A stretch of 59,474 bases of DNA, taken from the sequence record SRR2962707_5410; one strand, 5' to 3'. The position numbers were made by a program, and so were the translations under genes. Of the stretch, positions 27,739-37,120 are shown piece by piece. Below the pieces are notes generated by a model. It was given only the letters and a program-made list of their open reading frames with translations. It was not told where the DNA came from and made no database searches. Every line of letters begins with the position of its first letter. Position 1 is the stretch's first letter.

Positions 27739-28586
27739 TGCGGTTTGTCCTCATCTAAAATGGTAAGCGCTTTGGCCCATTCGTCAACCTCAACCCGGAT
27801 GAAATGCGTGATCTCCCGCTCTTCCAGAAAGGGGATGCCTTTGCACATCTTGGTGTTACAGATAATGACGCGCGGCACGGATTCTGACAGGTTTCGCGCT
27901 GTGTCAAAGGCCTCAACCAAAGCCCCCATATCGTTGCCGTCCACGCTCTGCGCGTGCCAGCCAAAGGCGTTCCATTTGGCGGCCTCTGGCACCTGAGCCA
28001 GCGCCTGCGTCGTTGGACCATCCGCTTGCTGATTATTAAAATCCACGATGACGATCAGATTATCCAACTTGTGCTGAACGGCCGACATCACAGCTTCCCA
28101 AGTCGAGCCTTCGCCCAACTCGCCATCTGACATCATATTGTAAACAAAAGCCGGGTTGTTCTTGCGCTTCAACCCCATGGCTGCACCCACGGCGATACCA
28201 AGACCATGCCCCAGCGACCCGCCTGTGATTTCCATTCCGGGCGTATAGGCCGCCATGCCAGACATTGGCATCCGGCTGTCATCCATTCCGTATGTCCCGA
28301 TTTCATTTTCAGGCAGGATACCGGCTTCGATCAATGCAGAATACAGCGCTATGGCATAATGCCCGATCGACAAATAGAACCTGTCGCGCCCTTCCCATTC
28401 CGGATCTTCGGCGTTGAAATTGAGCGCGTGAAAGTAGGACACAGCCAAAACATCCGCCACTCCAAGCGCCTGACCGATATAGCCTTGCCCCTGAACCTCG
28501 CCCATCAAAAGCGCGTTGCGCCGTATCTGCCAAGCGCGTTGCGCCAGACTTGTGTTGGATACTGGCTTGTCTATTAAATCGCTCAC
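27735..28586 (-). CDS. Transketolase N-terminal (ThDP-binding) subunit
   Basis: GTG start with GGGGAGG RBS; 'RDRFYLSIGH', 'GSLGHGL', ThDP motif 'SDGELGEGSTWEA...N'. Confidence 0.9.
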   Translation of the reverse strand: MSDLIDKPVSNTSLAQRAWQIRRNALLMGEVQGQGYIGQALGVADVLAVSYFHALNFNAEDPEWEGRDRFYLSIGHYAIALYSALIEAGILPENEIGTYGMDDSRMPMSGMAAYTPGMEITGGSLGHGLGIAVGAAMGLKRKNNPAFVYNMMSDGELGEGSTWEAVMSAVQHKLDNLIVIVDFNNQQADGPTTQALAQVPEAAKWNAFGWHAQSVDGNDMGALVEAFDTARNLSESVPRVIICNTKMCKGIPFLEEREITHFIRVEVDEWAKALTILDEDKPQ

Positions 28587-28844
28587 CGCGCCCTCCCCTG
28601 CGTTGATGAAACCCGCCAATTCGCGGTTCGCTCAGAATGGCATAAGGGAAAAACGCGAACCACCAATTTTTCTTAATCGATAGATTAGCTTGCCTTAAGA
28701 CAAGGTTGGCAACGTCACGGCCTCTTGTACTGACAAATGCTGGCTTTTTCAGCGCTCAACGGATCCCAGAAATCTTGGGTTTACACCTGCAATTTTGAGT
28801 TGATAGCATCGTGGGATTACATTGGACAAAATGAGTATAATAAT

Positions 28845-29204
28845 ATGAAAAACTATCTTTTAGTTGCTTGTGCAGGTGTTTTTGTTTCGGCTTGCGTATT
28901 GCCCACTAAAGTAGGTGAGTTTGCCATTAATAACCGTAATTTCGCGATCTTTAAAATGGTCGCGCATGAGGCGTTTGAAGAAAGCACCGAGACGGTCGGA
29001 TTCTATGTCAACGTTGGATCCAAAGAAGTTAGGTGTGATGGCACGGTAGAAAACTGCCGAGCGCTCGTGCAGCAATACCTCGACGCACATCCCGACGCGC
29101 TTAAACGCCCATCACAACAAGATGACAATGACAGCTCGGGCGGATCAGGTGGGTCCGGTGGTTCGGACGGCGGTGGCGGCGGCGGCGGAACCGACGCAGC
29201 ATAA
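28845..29204 (+). CDS. Putative lipoprotein with Gly/Ser-rich C-terminal tail
   Basis: MKNYLLVACAGVFVSAC lipobox; internal Cys pair (RCDGTVENC); tail SSGGSGGSGGSDGGGGGGG. Confidence 0.6.
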   Translation: MKNYLLVACAGVFVSACVLPTKVGEFAINNRNFAIFKMVAHEAFEESTETVGFYVNVGSKEVRCDGTVENCRALVQQYLDAHPDALKRPSQQDDNDSSGGSGGSGGSDGGGGGGGTDAA

Positions 29205-29205
29205 C

Positions 29206-29237
29206 AAAAAAGCGCCGCACAAAGATGCGGCGCTTTT
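29206..29237. terminator. Bidirectional intrinsic terminator
   Basis: AAAAGCGCCGCA-caaaga-TGCGGCGCTTTT. Confidence 0.8.
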
Positions 29238-29260
29238 GAATTTCTGAAGACGTTGTCGGT

Positions 29261-30907
29261 TTACATATTCGGGTAATTTGGCCCGTCACCACCCTGCGGC
29301 ACCGTCCAGTTGATGTTCTGGCTTGGGTCTTTGATGTCGCATGTTTTGCAATGGACGCAGTTCTGGAAATTGATGATGAACTGATCTACGCCGTCTTTCT
29401 CGACAACTTCGTAAACACCTGCCGGGCAGTAACGCTGTGCCGGTTCAGCGAATTTTGGCAAATTGACCGAAATCGGCACAGAGGCGTCTTTCAGCTGCAA
29501 ATGCGCAGGCTGGCTTTCTTCGTGATTGGTAAAGCTGAAGCTGACATTGGTCAGACGATCAAAGCTAAGCTTTCCATCGGGTTTCGGATAATCAATCGGT
29601 TTGAAATCAGCAGCAGCACCTGTGGCCTGAGCATCCGTTTTCCCATGTTTAACCGTCCCAAGCAGAGAGAAGCCAAAGTTGTTGGTCCACATATCGAGAC
29701 CACCCAAAACCATTGACGTCATCATACCGTATTTCGACCAGAGCGGTTTGACGTTGCGTACTTTTTTCAGGTCTTTGCCGATCGCGCCTTCGCGGACATC
29801 TGCTTCATAAGCGGTCAGTTCATCGCTGGAGCGCCCCTCTTGTATCGCTGCATACGCCGCCTCAGCAGCGGCTTTGCCGGACAGCATGGCATTGTGGTTA
29901 CCCTTGATGCGCGGCACGTTGACCATACCGACGGAACAGCCCAGCAACGCAACACCCGGCGCAACCATCTTTGGCATGGACTGATAGCCACCTTCTGAAA
30001 TGGCCCGCGCGCCATAGGCCACACGCTTTCCACCCTTAAGCAGTTCAGCAACCATCGGATGATGCTTGAAACGCTGGAACTCCATGTAGGGGTAAAGATG
30101 CGGGTTTTGGTAATTCAAGTGAACCACAAAACCGACATAAACTTGGTTATTGTCCAGATGGTAGATGAATGACCCACCCCCTGCATTTGAATTCAAGGGC
30201 CAACCCATTGTATGGGTGACAGTACCTTCTTTGTGCTTCTCCGGGTCAATTTCCCAGATCTCTTTCATGCCAAGGCCAAATTTCTGAGGTTCTTTGCCAG
30301 AGGACAGGTCGTATTTCTCAATGACCTCTTTGGCGAGGGATCCGCGAACACCTTCGGACAGGAACACATATTTCCCAAGCAGCTCCATACCGGGCTCGTA
30401 GTTCGCTCCGTGGCTTCCGTCTGCTTCTTTACCAAATTCACCGGCAACCACGCCTTTGACTTCGCCATCATCGCCATAAATCAATTCAGAACAGGCCATG
30501 CCGGGAAAGATCTCGATGCCCAGCTCTTCGGCTTGTTCAGCCATCCAGCGGCAGACATTTCCCATCGAAACGATGTAGCTACCATGGTTATTCATCAAAG
30601 GAGGCATTGGGAAATTTGGAATGCGAATACCACCTGCCTCGCCCAACATGTAGAAATTGTCTTCTTTAACGGGCACAGAGATCGGCGCGCCTTTTTCTTT
30701 CCAATCTGGGATCAACGCATTCAACCCACATGGGTCCAGAACCGCGCCAGACAAAATATGTGCCCCAACTTCTGAACCTTTCTCAAGAACAACGACTTCA
30801 AGATCGGCATCAAGCTGTTTCAGGCGGATCGCAGCTGACAATCCAGCCGGGCCTGCGCCCACGATCACTACGTCGTACTCCATCGCTTCGCGCGTCACGT
30901 CGGTCAT
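29261..30907 (-). CDS. Electron transfer flavoprotein-ubiquinone oxidoreductase
   Basis: Start MTDVTRE; GAGPAG FAD motif, 'GAHILSGA', C-terminal 4Fe-4S 'YCPAGVYE...NCVHCKTCDIKDP'. Confidence 0.96.
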   Translation of the reverse strand: MTDVTREAMEYDVVIVGAGPAGLSAAIRLKQLDADLEVVVLEKGSEVGAHILSGAVLDPCGLNALIPDWKEKGAPISVPVKEDNFYMLGEAGGIRIPNFPMPPLMNNHGSYIVSMGNVCRWMAEQAEELGIEIFPGMACSELIYGDDGEVKGVVAGEFGKEADGSHGANYEPGMELLGKYVFLSEGVRGSLAKEVIEKYDLSSGKEPQKFGLGMKEIWEIDPEKHKEGTVTHTMGWPLNSNAGGGSFIYHLDNNQVYVGFVVHLNYQNPHLYPYMEFQRFKHHPMVAELLKGGKRVAYGARAISEGGYQSMPKMVAPGVALLGCSVGMVNVPRIKGNHNAMLSGKAAAEAAYAAIQEGRSSDELTAYEADVREGAIGKDLKKVRNVKPLWSKYGMMTSMVLGGLDMWTNNFGFSLLGTVKHGKTDAQATGAAADFKPIDYPKPDGKLSFDRLTNVSFSFTNHEESQPAHLQLKDASVPISVNLPKFAEPAQRYCPAGVYEVVEKDGVDQFIINFQNCVHCKTCDIKDPSQNINWTVPQGGDGPNYPNM

Positions 30908-30983
30908 CTTTCTCAATTCTCCCAGATGGCGTCTCGAAATATTATTGCGCACGTACCTAACGCGGCGCTGCGGCATAGGTCAA

Positions 30984-31010
30984 TTAAAAGACAATGATAT
31001 GGTCTTTTAA
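30984..31010. promoter_or_regulatory. 9-bp inverted repeat upstream of ETF-QO, candidate operator
   Basis: TTAAAAGAC-aatgatatg-GTCTTTTAA. Confidence 0.45.
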
Positions 31011-31354
31011 CCGCACGTGACGGTGCGTCTGTCGGTTTCACCGTTCATTTTCGAGACACTATTGCCGCAAATGCAAATTGACCTGCGAGTTTGAGAGCAG
31101 ACACTTCACAGCCCCATTACTGTTCTTGTATGCCCGCGTCACGCATTGGCACGTAATCCTAAAAGGTCTAATTTGGCGTCACTTACCCGTGACGCCAACC
31201 ATCAGCGTTTTCATGCCTAACATCCGCGAAATGAAACCACGCAATTAGAAATTTGCAGCTTGCATCCTCTATGCCCAGTAGGGCAAACTCCACGCCACGT
31301 TATGTACACTTTCTCCGCCACCCCAACAGGGTGGCGGTCCTGTATGGTAGGCCA

Positions 31355-31825
31355 ATGGAAAAATTCCCAATGACCCGCGCGGGCTTTACCGCGCTCGAGA
31401 TTGAATTGAAGAAGCTCAAATCGGTTGAGCGGCCGTCTGTGATTCAAGCAATCGCCGAAGCCAGAGAGCTGGGCGACCTGAAAGAAAACGCTGAATACCA
31501 CTCGGCGCGCGAAAAACAGGGCTTTATCGAAGGTCGGATAAAAGAAATCGAAAGCGTACTGAGCTTGGCAGAAGTAATTGATCCGACGAAATTGTCGGGA
31601 TCGATCAAGTTCGGTGCCACGGTCATCTTGGTCGACGAAGACACAGATGAAGAAAAGACCTGGCAGATCGTTGGGGAACACGAAGCCAACATCGAAAAGT
31701 CCTTGCTCAACATCAAGTCCCCCATCGCCCGCGCCCTGATTGGCAAGGAAGAAGGCGACAGCGTCGCCGTGCGCACACCTGGCGGCGGTAAGTCGTACGA
31801 AGTTCTGTCCGTCAAGTACGTCTGA
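31355..31825 (+). CDS. greA: Transcription elongation factor GreA
   Basis: MEKFPMT...'[21 protein letters not shown]', '[10 protein letters not shown]'. Confidence 0.96.
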   Translation: MEKFPMTRAGFTALEIELKKLKSVERPSVIQAIAEARELGDLKENAEYHSAREKQGFIEGRIKEIESVLSLAEVIDPTKLSGSIKFGATVILVDEDTDEEKTWQIVGEHEANIEKSLLNIKSPIARALIGKEEGDSVAVRTPGGGKSYEVLSVKYV

Positions 31826-31832
31826 GAAGGCC

Positions 31833-32840
31833 ATGGCAGACCAGCCCGTATCCAGCCCAACTCCTATTGGCATATACGACCGTCCGCATCAGCCCGGAAT
31901 TACAAGTATAGAGATTGCGGGCGGCGTGGTTTCGCTTGTCTGGCTCACCATAGTCATCGGGGTGCTTCTGTTTGGCGGCGAGCAAAACGCAGACGAAATA
32001 GCGCTGTTTTTAAAGCTCTTGGTGTTGGCACTTCCTATAGGAATGGTTTGGCTGATTGTTATTACAGTTCGCGCCAATCGGAGCATCCGGTCTGAAAGCG
32101 CGCGACTTCAAGCCGCTGTAGAAGGTCTGCGCAAAGCTTATGTTGCCCAGGCCCAGCAAGAGCGCAACAATCAGCCACAGACTATCGCGAAGAAGCTCGA
32201 CGATATTGCAGCGGCTCAGCTTAAAACTGAGTCCGCATTGGCGACGTTCACATCATCGCGCGCGACCCAGGCGGCAACGGCTAAAGTCATTGCCGCGACC
32301 ACCACGGGAGATGTCGATCGCGATCAGGCCAGTCTGGAACTTGGTACTCCGGCCGAGGCCTTGGAGCCACCGCTGCCAAATGACGAATTCGTCCGCGCCC
32401 TGAATTTCCCGGAAACCGCTGATGACGAAGAAGGTTTTACCGCTTTACGCCGCGCGTTGAAGCACCGGCAAACCGCTCAACTGATTCAAGCCGCCCAAGA
32501 CGTTTTAACGCTTCTCAGCCAAGACGGTATCTACATGGACGACCTGCGCCCAGACGTGGCCCGGTCTGAGATTTGGCGCAAGTTTGCCAATGGTGAACGC
32601 GGTCGGGCAATTGCCGCTTTGGGCGGTGTGCGCGACAGGTCTTCTTTGGCTCTGACAGCGGGCCGAATGAAGCAAGATCCGATTTTCCGTGACGCGGCCC
32701 ATCATTTCTTGCGCGTGTTCGATAAAACCTTTGCCGCTTTCGAAGCGGAAGCCAGTGATACGGATTTGAACAATCTGGGTAATACACGCACCGCTCGGGC
32801 ATTTATGCTTTTAGGGCGCATCGCAGGTACATTTGACTAA
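31833..32840 (+). CDS. Conserved hypothetical membrane-anchored protein
   Basis: Two N-terminal TM segments, coiled region, C-terminal 'ALNFP...LSQDGIYMDDL...RTARAFMLLGR..GTFD'. Confidence 0.75.
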   Translation: MADQPVSSPTPIGIYDRPHQPGITSIEIAGGVVSLVWLTIVIGVLLFGGEQNADEIALFLKLLVLALPIGMVWLIVITVRANRSIRSESARLQAAVEGLRKAYVAQAQQERNNQPQTIAKKLDDIAAAQLKTESALATFTSSRATQAATAKVIAATTTGDVDRDQASLELGTPAEALEPPLPNDEFVRALNFPETADDEEGFTALRRALKHRQTAQLIQAAQDVLTLLSQDGIYMDDLRPDVARSEIWRKFANGERGRAIAALGGVRDRSSLALTAGRMKQDPIFRDAAHHFLRVFDKTFAAFEAEASDTDLNNLGNTRTARAFMLLGRIAGTFD

Positions 32841-32976
32841 ACGTTTGGCCCGACAAGATTGATCGGGCTTCGCGATCCGTTGCGTTCTGAATGGACAACA
32901 AGATTTTGCTGCTGATAGCAGGCTTACATGAGCCGACAAGTTGTCTTACGATCTGACGGAGACTCAGGCCACCGGA

Positions 32977-35058
32977 TCAAAAGCTCGAAAACGGAATATA
33001 GCGCACTAAGTCTCCCGGCTTTATGTGTGCCGGACCGTCACCAAGTTCGACCAAACCTTCAGCCCAGCTAAGACCACTTATCCGCCCGGACCCTTCAGAC
33101 TTGAAAGCTTCGACCTTTCCGTCTCGCATGCGGGCGCGCAGATATTCCCGCCGACCCGGCTTTTTGCGTTTTTCAAAGGCCGCCGGAACCATAAAGCCCG
33201 CAGGTTGGGCCCATGCGCTGCCACTTAGAACGCGCAAAGCCGGACGGGCAAATATCAATGTACACACCAGTGCAGCAACCGGATTCCCTGGCAAGCCAAA
33301 AACAGGCGCGTTATCCCATAATCCCAATGCCAACGGACGACCGGGCTTCAACGCAATCCGCCATTCCTGCATCGAACCGGTTTCGCGCAAAAGCGCTGAC
33401 ACATGATCCTCATCACCGGCAGACGCCCCCCCCGAAGTCAGGATCACATCGGCTTGCTGCGCGGCCTTGTCCAGGGTTTGACGCAATGTATCGCGAACAT
33501 CCGGGACGCGCCCCATATCAATCGGATCATAGCCCCATTGGTGCAGCAGACTGAGCAACATAGGACGGTTGGCATCATAAATCTGACCGGGACCCGCCGG
33601 AGAACCCGCCTCAAGCAATTCATCCCCCGTGGACAGAACAGCGACTCTCAGACGGTCGCGAACTGGCAACGTCCCCTTTCCTACAGCTGCGGCCAAGGCC
33701 AGATCAGCGGGCGTCAATGTGCGCCCCTTGCGCAAGGCAACGTCCCCGGCTTGAACATCCTCACCTGCTTTGCGCGTATTGGCACCGGCTTTAACTGGAC
33801 CACGAAAGGCAATTTCTCCTTTGCCTATCGCGACGTCCTCTTCCAGCACAACCGTATCCACCCCCTCGGGTAACGCAGCGCCTGTCAGAATGCGGATCGC
33901 GTGGCCTTCAGGAACCACGCCCTCGAAACGAAGACCAGCGGCGGCCCTCCCCTCAATCAAGGGCAAGCGGTGCGGATCGCTGTCTGGAAACCCTCCGGCA
34001 AACCCATAGCCATCCACAGCGGTGTTCGGCAAAGGCGGGTTGGCACGGTCAGCAAGGACATCTTCAGCAAGAACCCGGCCTGCGGCGGCCATAACCGGTA
34101 CAGACTTTGCGGCCACAACAGGGGCGAGCCGCGCCTGCAAGAGCGCCATCGCCTCATCAACCGGCGTCCAGTCGACTCCTGGTGGCAGAGCAAAACAGTC
34201 ATTGCGCAACGGAGGCGGCTGCAATTGCATCGCTGCTTGACTCAAGACATCTTCGTGACCCAACCCAAAAATCCAACCTTCTTCTGGAGCATCGATCACC
34301 AATAGAGCATCCAACGTTTCTGCCCCAAGACCAGACATCGCGCGCGCCAATATTTGCACTTGATGAGCATCCCGTATGCCGCCCTCGGCCTCTGCAACCT
34401 TAACAACGCCGTTGATAAGGCCCGGCCAAATTTCGACAAAAGCGATGGGCGGCGCCAAAGCTTCGAACGGCCAAACGGCAACTTGACCTGCAAACTTTTT
34501 GCGCAACCGGTTCAACACCGGTAGTCCAGTCAGGATCTGACCACCGACAGCCCCAGCACCGCCGAGCTGCCAACAGGTAAAGGCCCCTTTGGCCAAGCTA
34601 TCGCAGTGCCGATTTTCAACCATACCGTGGTTTGACCGGGTGTCCTTGCGAGGCAAATCAGCGATTTCGTCTTTTACCGCATTGAACCAAAACGGGCCGA
34701 CACCAGGGAATTTGGCATTTATCTGGCCCGCAACCTGAAACCGATTATTCGCTTTGGGCGTATCTTCGATGTGGTCAGTCAGCCAGTCCCAGACCGCGAA
34801 AGGCGCATGTTCTCCGGTTAAAGCATCGGCAAAGCCCTTGGGATATCCAAAGGGAAAATCAAATCCGAACAAAATACGTTGCCTATTGTCTAAAGCGTCC
34901 TGCATCAACCGCGAGATTTCGGCTTCTGCCAGGGTTCTATTTCGCAGGTAAATTGGCTCATGTCCGGATTCACAGAGCCAAATCGCATCCTTGCGCGGCG
35001 TTGGACCCGTATCATTTCCCCCGGACCAATCGACCATCACAAAGCGGTCGAACATCAA
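32977..35058 (-). CDS. moeA: Molybdopterin molybdotransferase MoeA with a ~280-aa N-terminal DUF429/RNase-H-like extension
   Basis: C-terminal MoeA motifs 'PPLPNTAVDGY', 'ILTGA', 'STGDEL', 'TSGGASAGDED', 'KPGRP', 'LPGNPV'; N-terminal 'VDWSG', 'GFDFPFGYP', 'VEIWP'. Confidence 0.88.
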   Translation of the reverse strand: MMFDRFVMVDWSGGNDTGPTPRKDAIWLCESGHEPIYLRNRTLAEAEISRLMQDALDNRQRILFGFDFPFGYPKGFADALTGEHAPFAVWDWLTDHIEDTPKANNRFQVAGQINAKFPGVGPFWFNAVKDEIADLPRKDTRSNHGMVENRHCDSLAKGAFTCWQLGGAGAVGGQILTGLPVLNRLRKKFAGQVAVWPFEALAPPIAFVEIWPGLINGVVKVAEAEGGIRDAHQVQILARAMSGLGAETLDALLVIDAPEEGWIFGLGHEDVLSQAAMQLQPPPLRNDCFALPPGVDWTPVDEAMALLQARLAPVVAAKSVPVMAAAGRVLAEDVLADRANPPLPNTAVDGYGFAGGFPDSDPHRLPLIEGRAAAGLRFEGVVPEGHAIRILTGAALPEGVDTVVLEEDVAIGKGEIAFRGPVKAGANTRKAGEDVQAGDVALRKGRTLTPADLALAAAVGKGTLPVRDRLRVAVLSTGDELLEAGSPAGPGQIYDANRPMLLSLLHQWGYDPIDMGRVPDVRDTLRQTLDKAAQQADVILTSGGASAGDEDHVSALLRETGSMQEWRIALKPGRPLALGLWDNAPVFGLPGNPVAALVCTLIFARPALRVLSGSAWAQPAGFMVPAAFEKRKKPGRREYLRARMRDGKVEAFKSEGSGRISGLSWAEGLVELGDGPAHIKPGDLVRYIPFSSF

Positions 35059-35546
35059 AGACCGACCTCACGCAGAACAAAATCTGCAATAGAAGTCGTA
35101 TCGTCCAGATCAAAGACCGGACGGTCAATTTCCAAAGGTGTGTCACTGGCGATGGCTTTGATCGTGTCATCCTCAGGGGCAATCAACGGATTTCCCGTGA
35201 CCGCGCGATGTGCCTCGACTTTTGGATGGCGGTCGCGTTTGTATCCTTCGATCAACACCAGATCGACGGGGCTCAGACGCGCCAAAAGATCGCTAAGCAC
35301 AGGCTCTTCTTCGCCGCGCAGCTCTTGCATCAAGGCGACCCGATTACGCGATGCCAGCACGACCTCCCGGGCCCCGGCAACGCGGTGACGGTGACTGTCT
35401 TTCCCGGGGTGATCGACGTCAAAGCTGTGATGTGCGTGTTTGACCGTGCTAACAGAAATACCCCGACTGGAAATCTCGGCCACCAGACGCTCCATCAAAC
35501 CGGTTTTACCGGCATTCTTCCAACCGGTAACCCCATAAATCTTCAT
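35055..35546 (-). CDS. mobB: Molybdopterin-guanine dinucleotide biosynthesis protein B
   Basis: GWKNAGKT, 'KHAHHSFDVD..GKDS', 'LIEGYK'. Confidence 0.94.
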   Translation of the reverse strand: MKIYGVTGWKNAGKTGLMERLVAEISSRGISVSTVKHAHHSFDVDHPGKDSHRHRVAGAREVVLASRNRVALMQELRGEEEPVLSDLLARLSPVDLVLIEGYKRDRHPKVEAHRAVTGNPLIAPEDDTIKAIASDTPLEIDRPVFDLDDTTSIADFVLREVGL

Positions 35547-36181
35547 TCAACCATGCCTTGCGCCTGAACCAGATCCAACGGTGTATTGACGTTAAAAAAC
35601 GGGTCAGATTCCGCAGCGGGGAACACCGCCTCCTGGCCATTGTGCTGCTCTGTCCAAATCACCACCTTTGACAAGCCATCTGCCAAAGCCGCGCGCAGGT
35701 CATCCCGCAAAGCAACGGGCCAAAGTCCGAAAGTCGGGTGCCGGATCAGACCCGACTGCGACATGGATTTGGTTTCTTCCTCAGCGCTTCGCGGCGTCGC
35801 CGCCAAAGCCAGGGGATGCTCCATGCCATTAGCGGCCAGCAACAATTGCGGCACCAGATCACAAGGGAAAAACGGCGTGTCAGCGGCGACGGTCACAATA
35901 CTGTCGGCCCCTTTTTCGGCGGCCCAATCCAGCCCAGCCAGAACCCCCGCCAGTGGCCCGGGATAATTGGCTATACTGTCCGGAATAACGGGCAATGCGT
36001 AACTGGAAAACCGTGCCGGATCTCCGTTCACATTCAGCGCCAGTTCATCCACCTGCGGTGACAGTCTGTCGATCACATATTGTAGTAAGGTTTGGTCGCC
36101 CAAAGGTAACAAACCTTTGTCACCGCCGCCCATACGACGGGCCTGTCCACCTGCTAAAATCACGCCTAGCGGTTGTTTCAT
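35543..36181 (-). CDS. mobA: Molybdenum cofactor guanylyltransferase
   Basis: 'LAGGQARRMGGGDK', 'GPLAG', 'DTPF', 'FFNVNTP'. Confidence 0.94.
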   Translation of the reverse strand: MKQPLGVILAGGQARRMGGGDKGLLPLGDQTLLQYVIDRLSPQVDELALNVNGDPARFSSYALPVIPDSIANYPGPLAGVLAGLDWAAEKGADSIVTVAADTPFFPCDLVPQLLLAANGMEHPLALAATPRSAEEETKSMSQSGLIRHPTFGLWPVALRDDLRAALADGLSKVVIWTEQHNGQEAVFPAAESDPFFNVNTPLDLVQAQGMVE

Positions 36182-37086
36182 GTTTTTGCCCCCTTACGTC
36201 CAGACTTACGGGCTTCTTCAGGCACGCTATCTGGGTCCATATCCCGTATCAGTCTATCGTCCCCGGAAAGACATACAAACCGTTTTCCACGCATCCGCCC
36301 GATACATGTCAGGCCAACCTGACGAGCAATTTCGACACCCCACGCCGTGAATCCAGACCGCGAGGCCAATACCGGGATGCCCATCAAAGCCGTCTTGATA
36401 ACCATTTCAGAGGTCAGACGCCCGGTTGTGTAGAGGATCTTATCCCCCGCACTGACGTTGTGTTTCAGCATGTAACCCGCGATTTTGTCGACCGCATTGT
36501 GGCGCCCTACATCCTCCATATAAACCAGTGGCTTATCTTGCTGGCACAGCACAGTGCCATGAATGGCCCCGGCTTCTAGGTACAGTGAAGGTGTCGTATT
36601 GATCTTATGTGATAGCCCATAGAGCCATGACGTGCGCAACACTGCTTTCGGAAGGGTCTTGCCTTCAAGCCCTTCCATCATATCCCCAAAAACAGTGCCG
36701 ACGGCGCAACCGCTTGTCCGTGTTTTCTTTTTAAGCTTTTCTTCGTAATTGGTTTGAGACGCTGTGCGGACAACGACGACCTCGAGATCGTCATCATAAT
36801 CGACCTGCGTGATTTCATCGCCATCGTGCAACATGCCTTGGTTCCGTAAGAATCCAAGCGCCAAGTATTCCGGGTAATCCCCGATGGTCATCGCCGTCAC
36901 AATTTCCTGAGAGTTCAGGTAGATCGTCAGCGGCCTCTCTTCCACAACCGAAATGTCAACTTCAGCGCCGGTGTGGTCCGTTCCGGAAACCGCTCGCGTC
37001 AACCGTGGCGCCGCTGGGTCTGGCGCGATGAAATATGTCGTAGCGTCTTGTGTCACGGGCGATTGCATCTTTCGGATTTGGGGCAT
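36178..37086 (-). CDS. fdhD: Formate dehydrogenase accessory sulfurtransferase
   Basis: 'EERPLTI', 'TSGCAVG', 'EDVGRHNAVDK', 'TTGRLTSEMV'; start position uncertain. Confidence 0.92.
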   Translation of the reverse strand: MPQIRKMQSPVTQDATTYFIAPDPAAPRLTRAVSGTDHTGAEVDISVVEERPLTIYLNSQEIVTAMTIGDYPEYLALGFLRNQGMLHDGDEITQVDYDDDLEVVVVRTASQTNYEEKLKKKTRTSGCAVGTVFGDMMEGLEGKTLPKAVLRTSWLYGLSHKINTTPSLYLEAGAIHGTVLCQQDKPLVYMEDVGRHNAVDKIAGYMLKHNVSAGDKILYTTGRLTSEMVIKTALMGIPVLASRSGFTAWGVEIARQVGLTCIGRMRGKRFVCLSGDDRLIRDMDPDSVPEEARKSGRKGAKT

Positions 37087-37120
37087 AGGCCGAAGGCGAA
37101 TTAAAGTCAGAGGATAAGGG

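Noticed and set aside
29137-29190. GGC/GGT-rich repeats as possible CRISPR or tandem array
   Set aside because: Simply encode the Gly/Ser tail; there is no repeat-spacer structure
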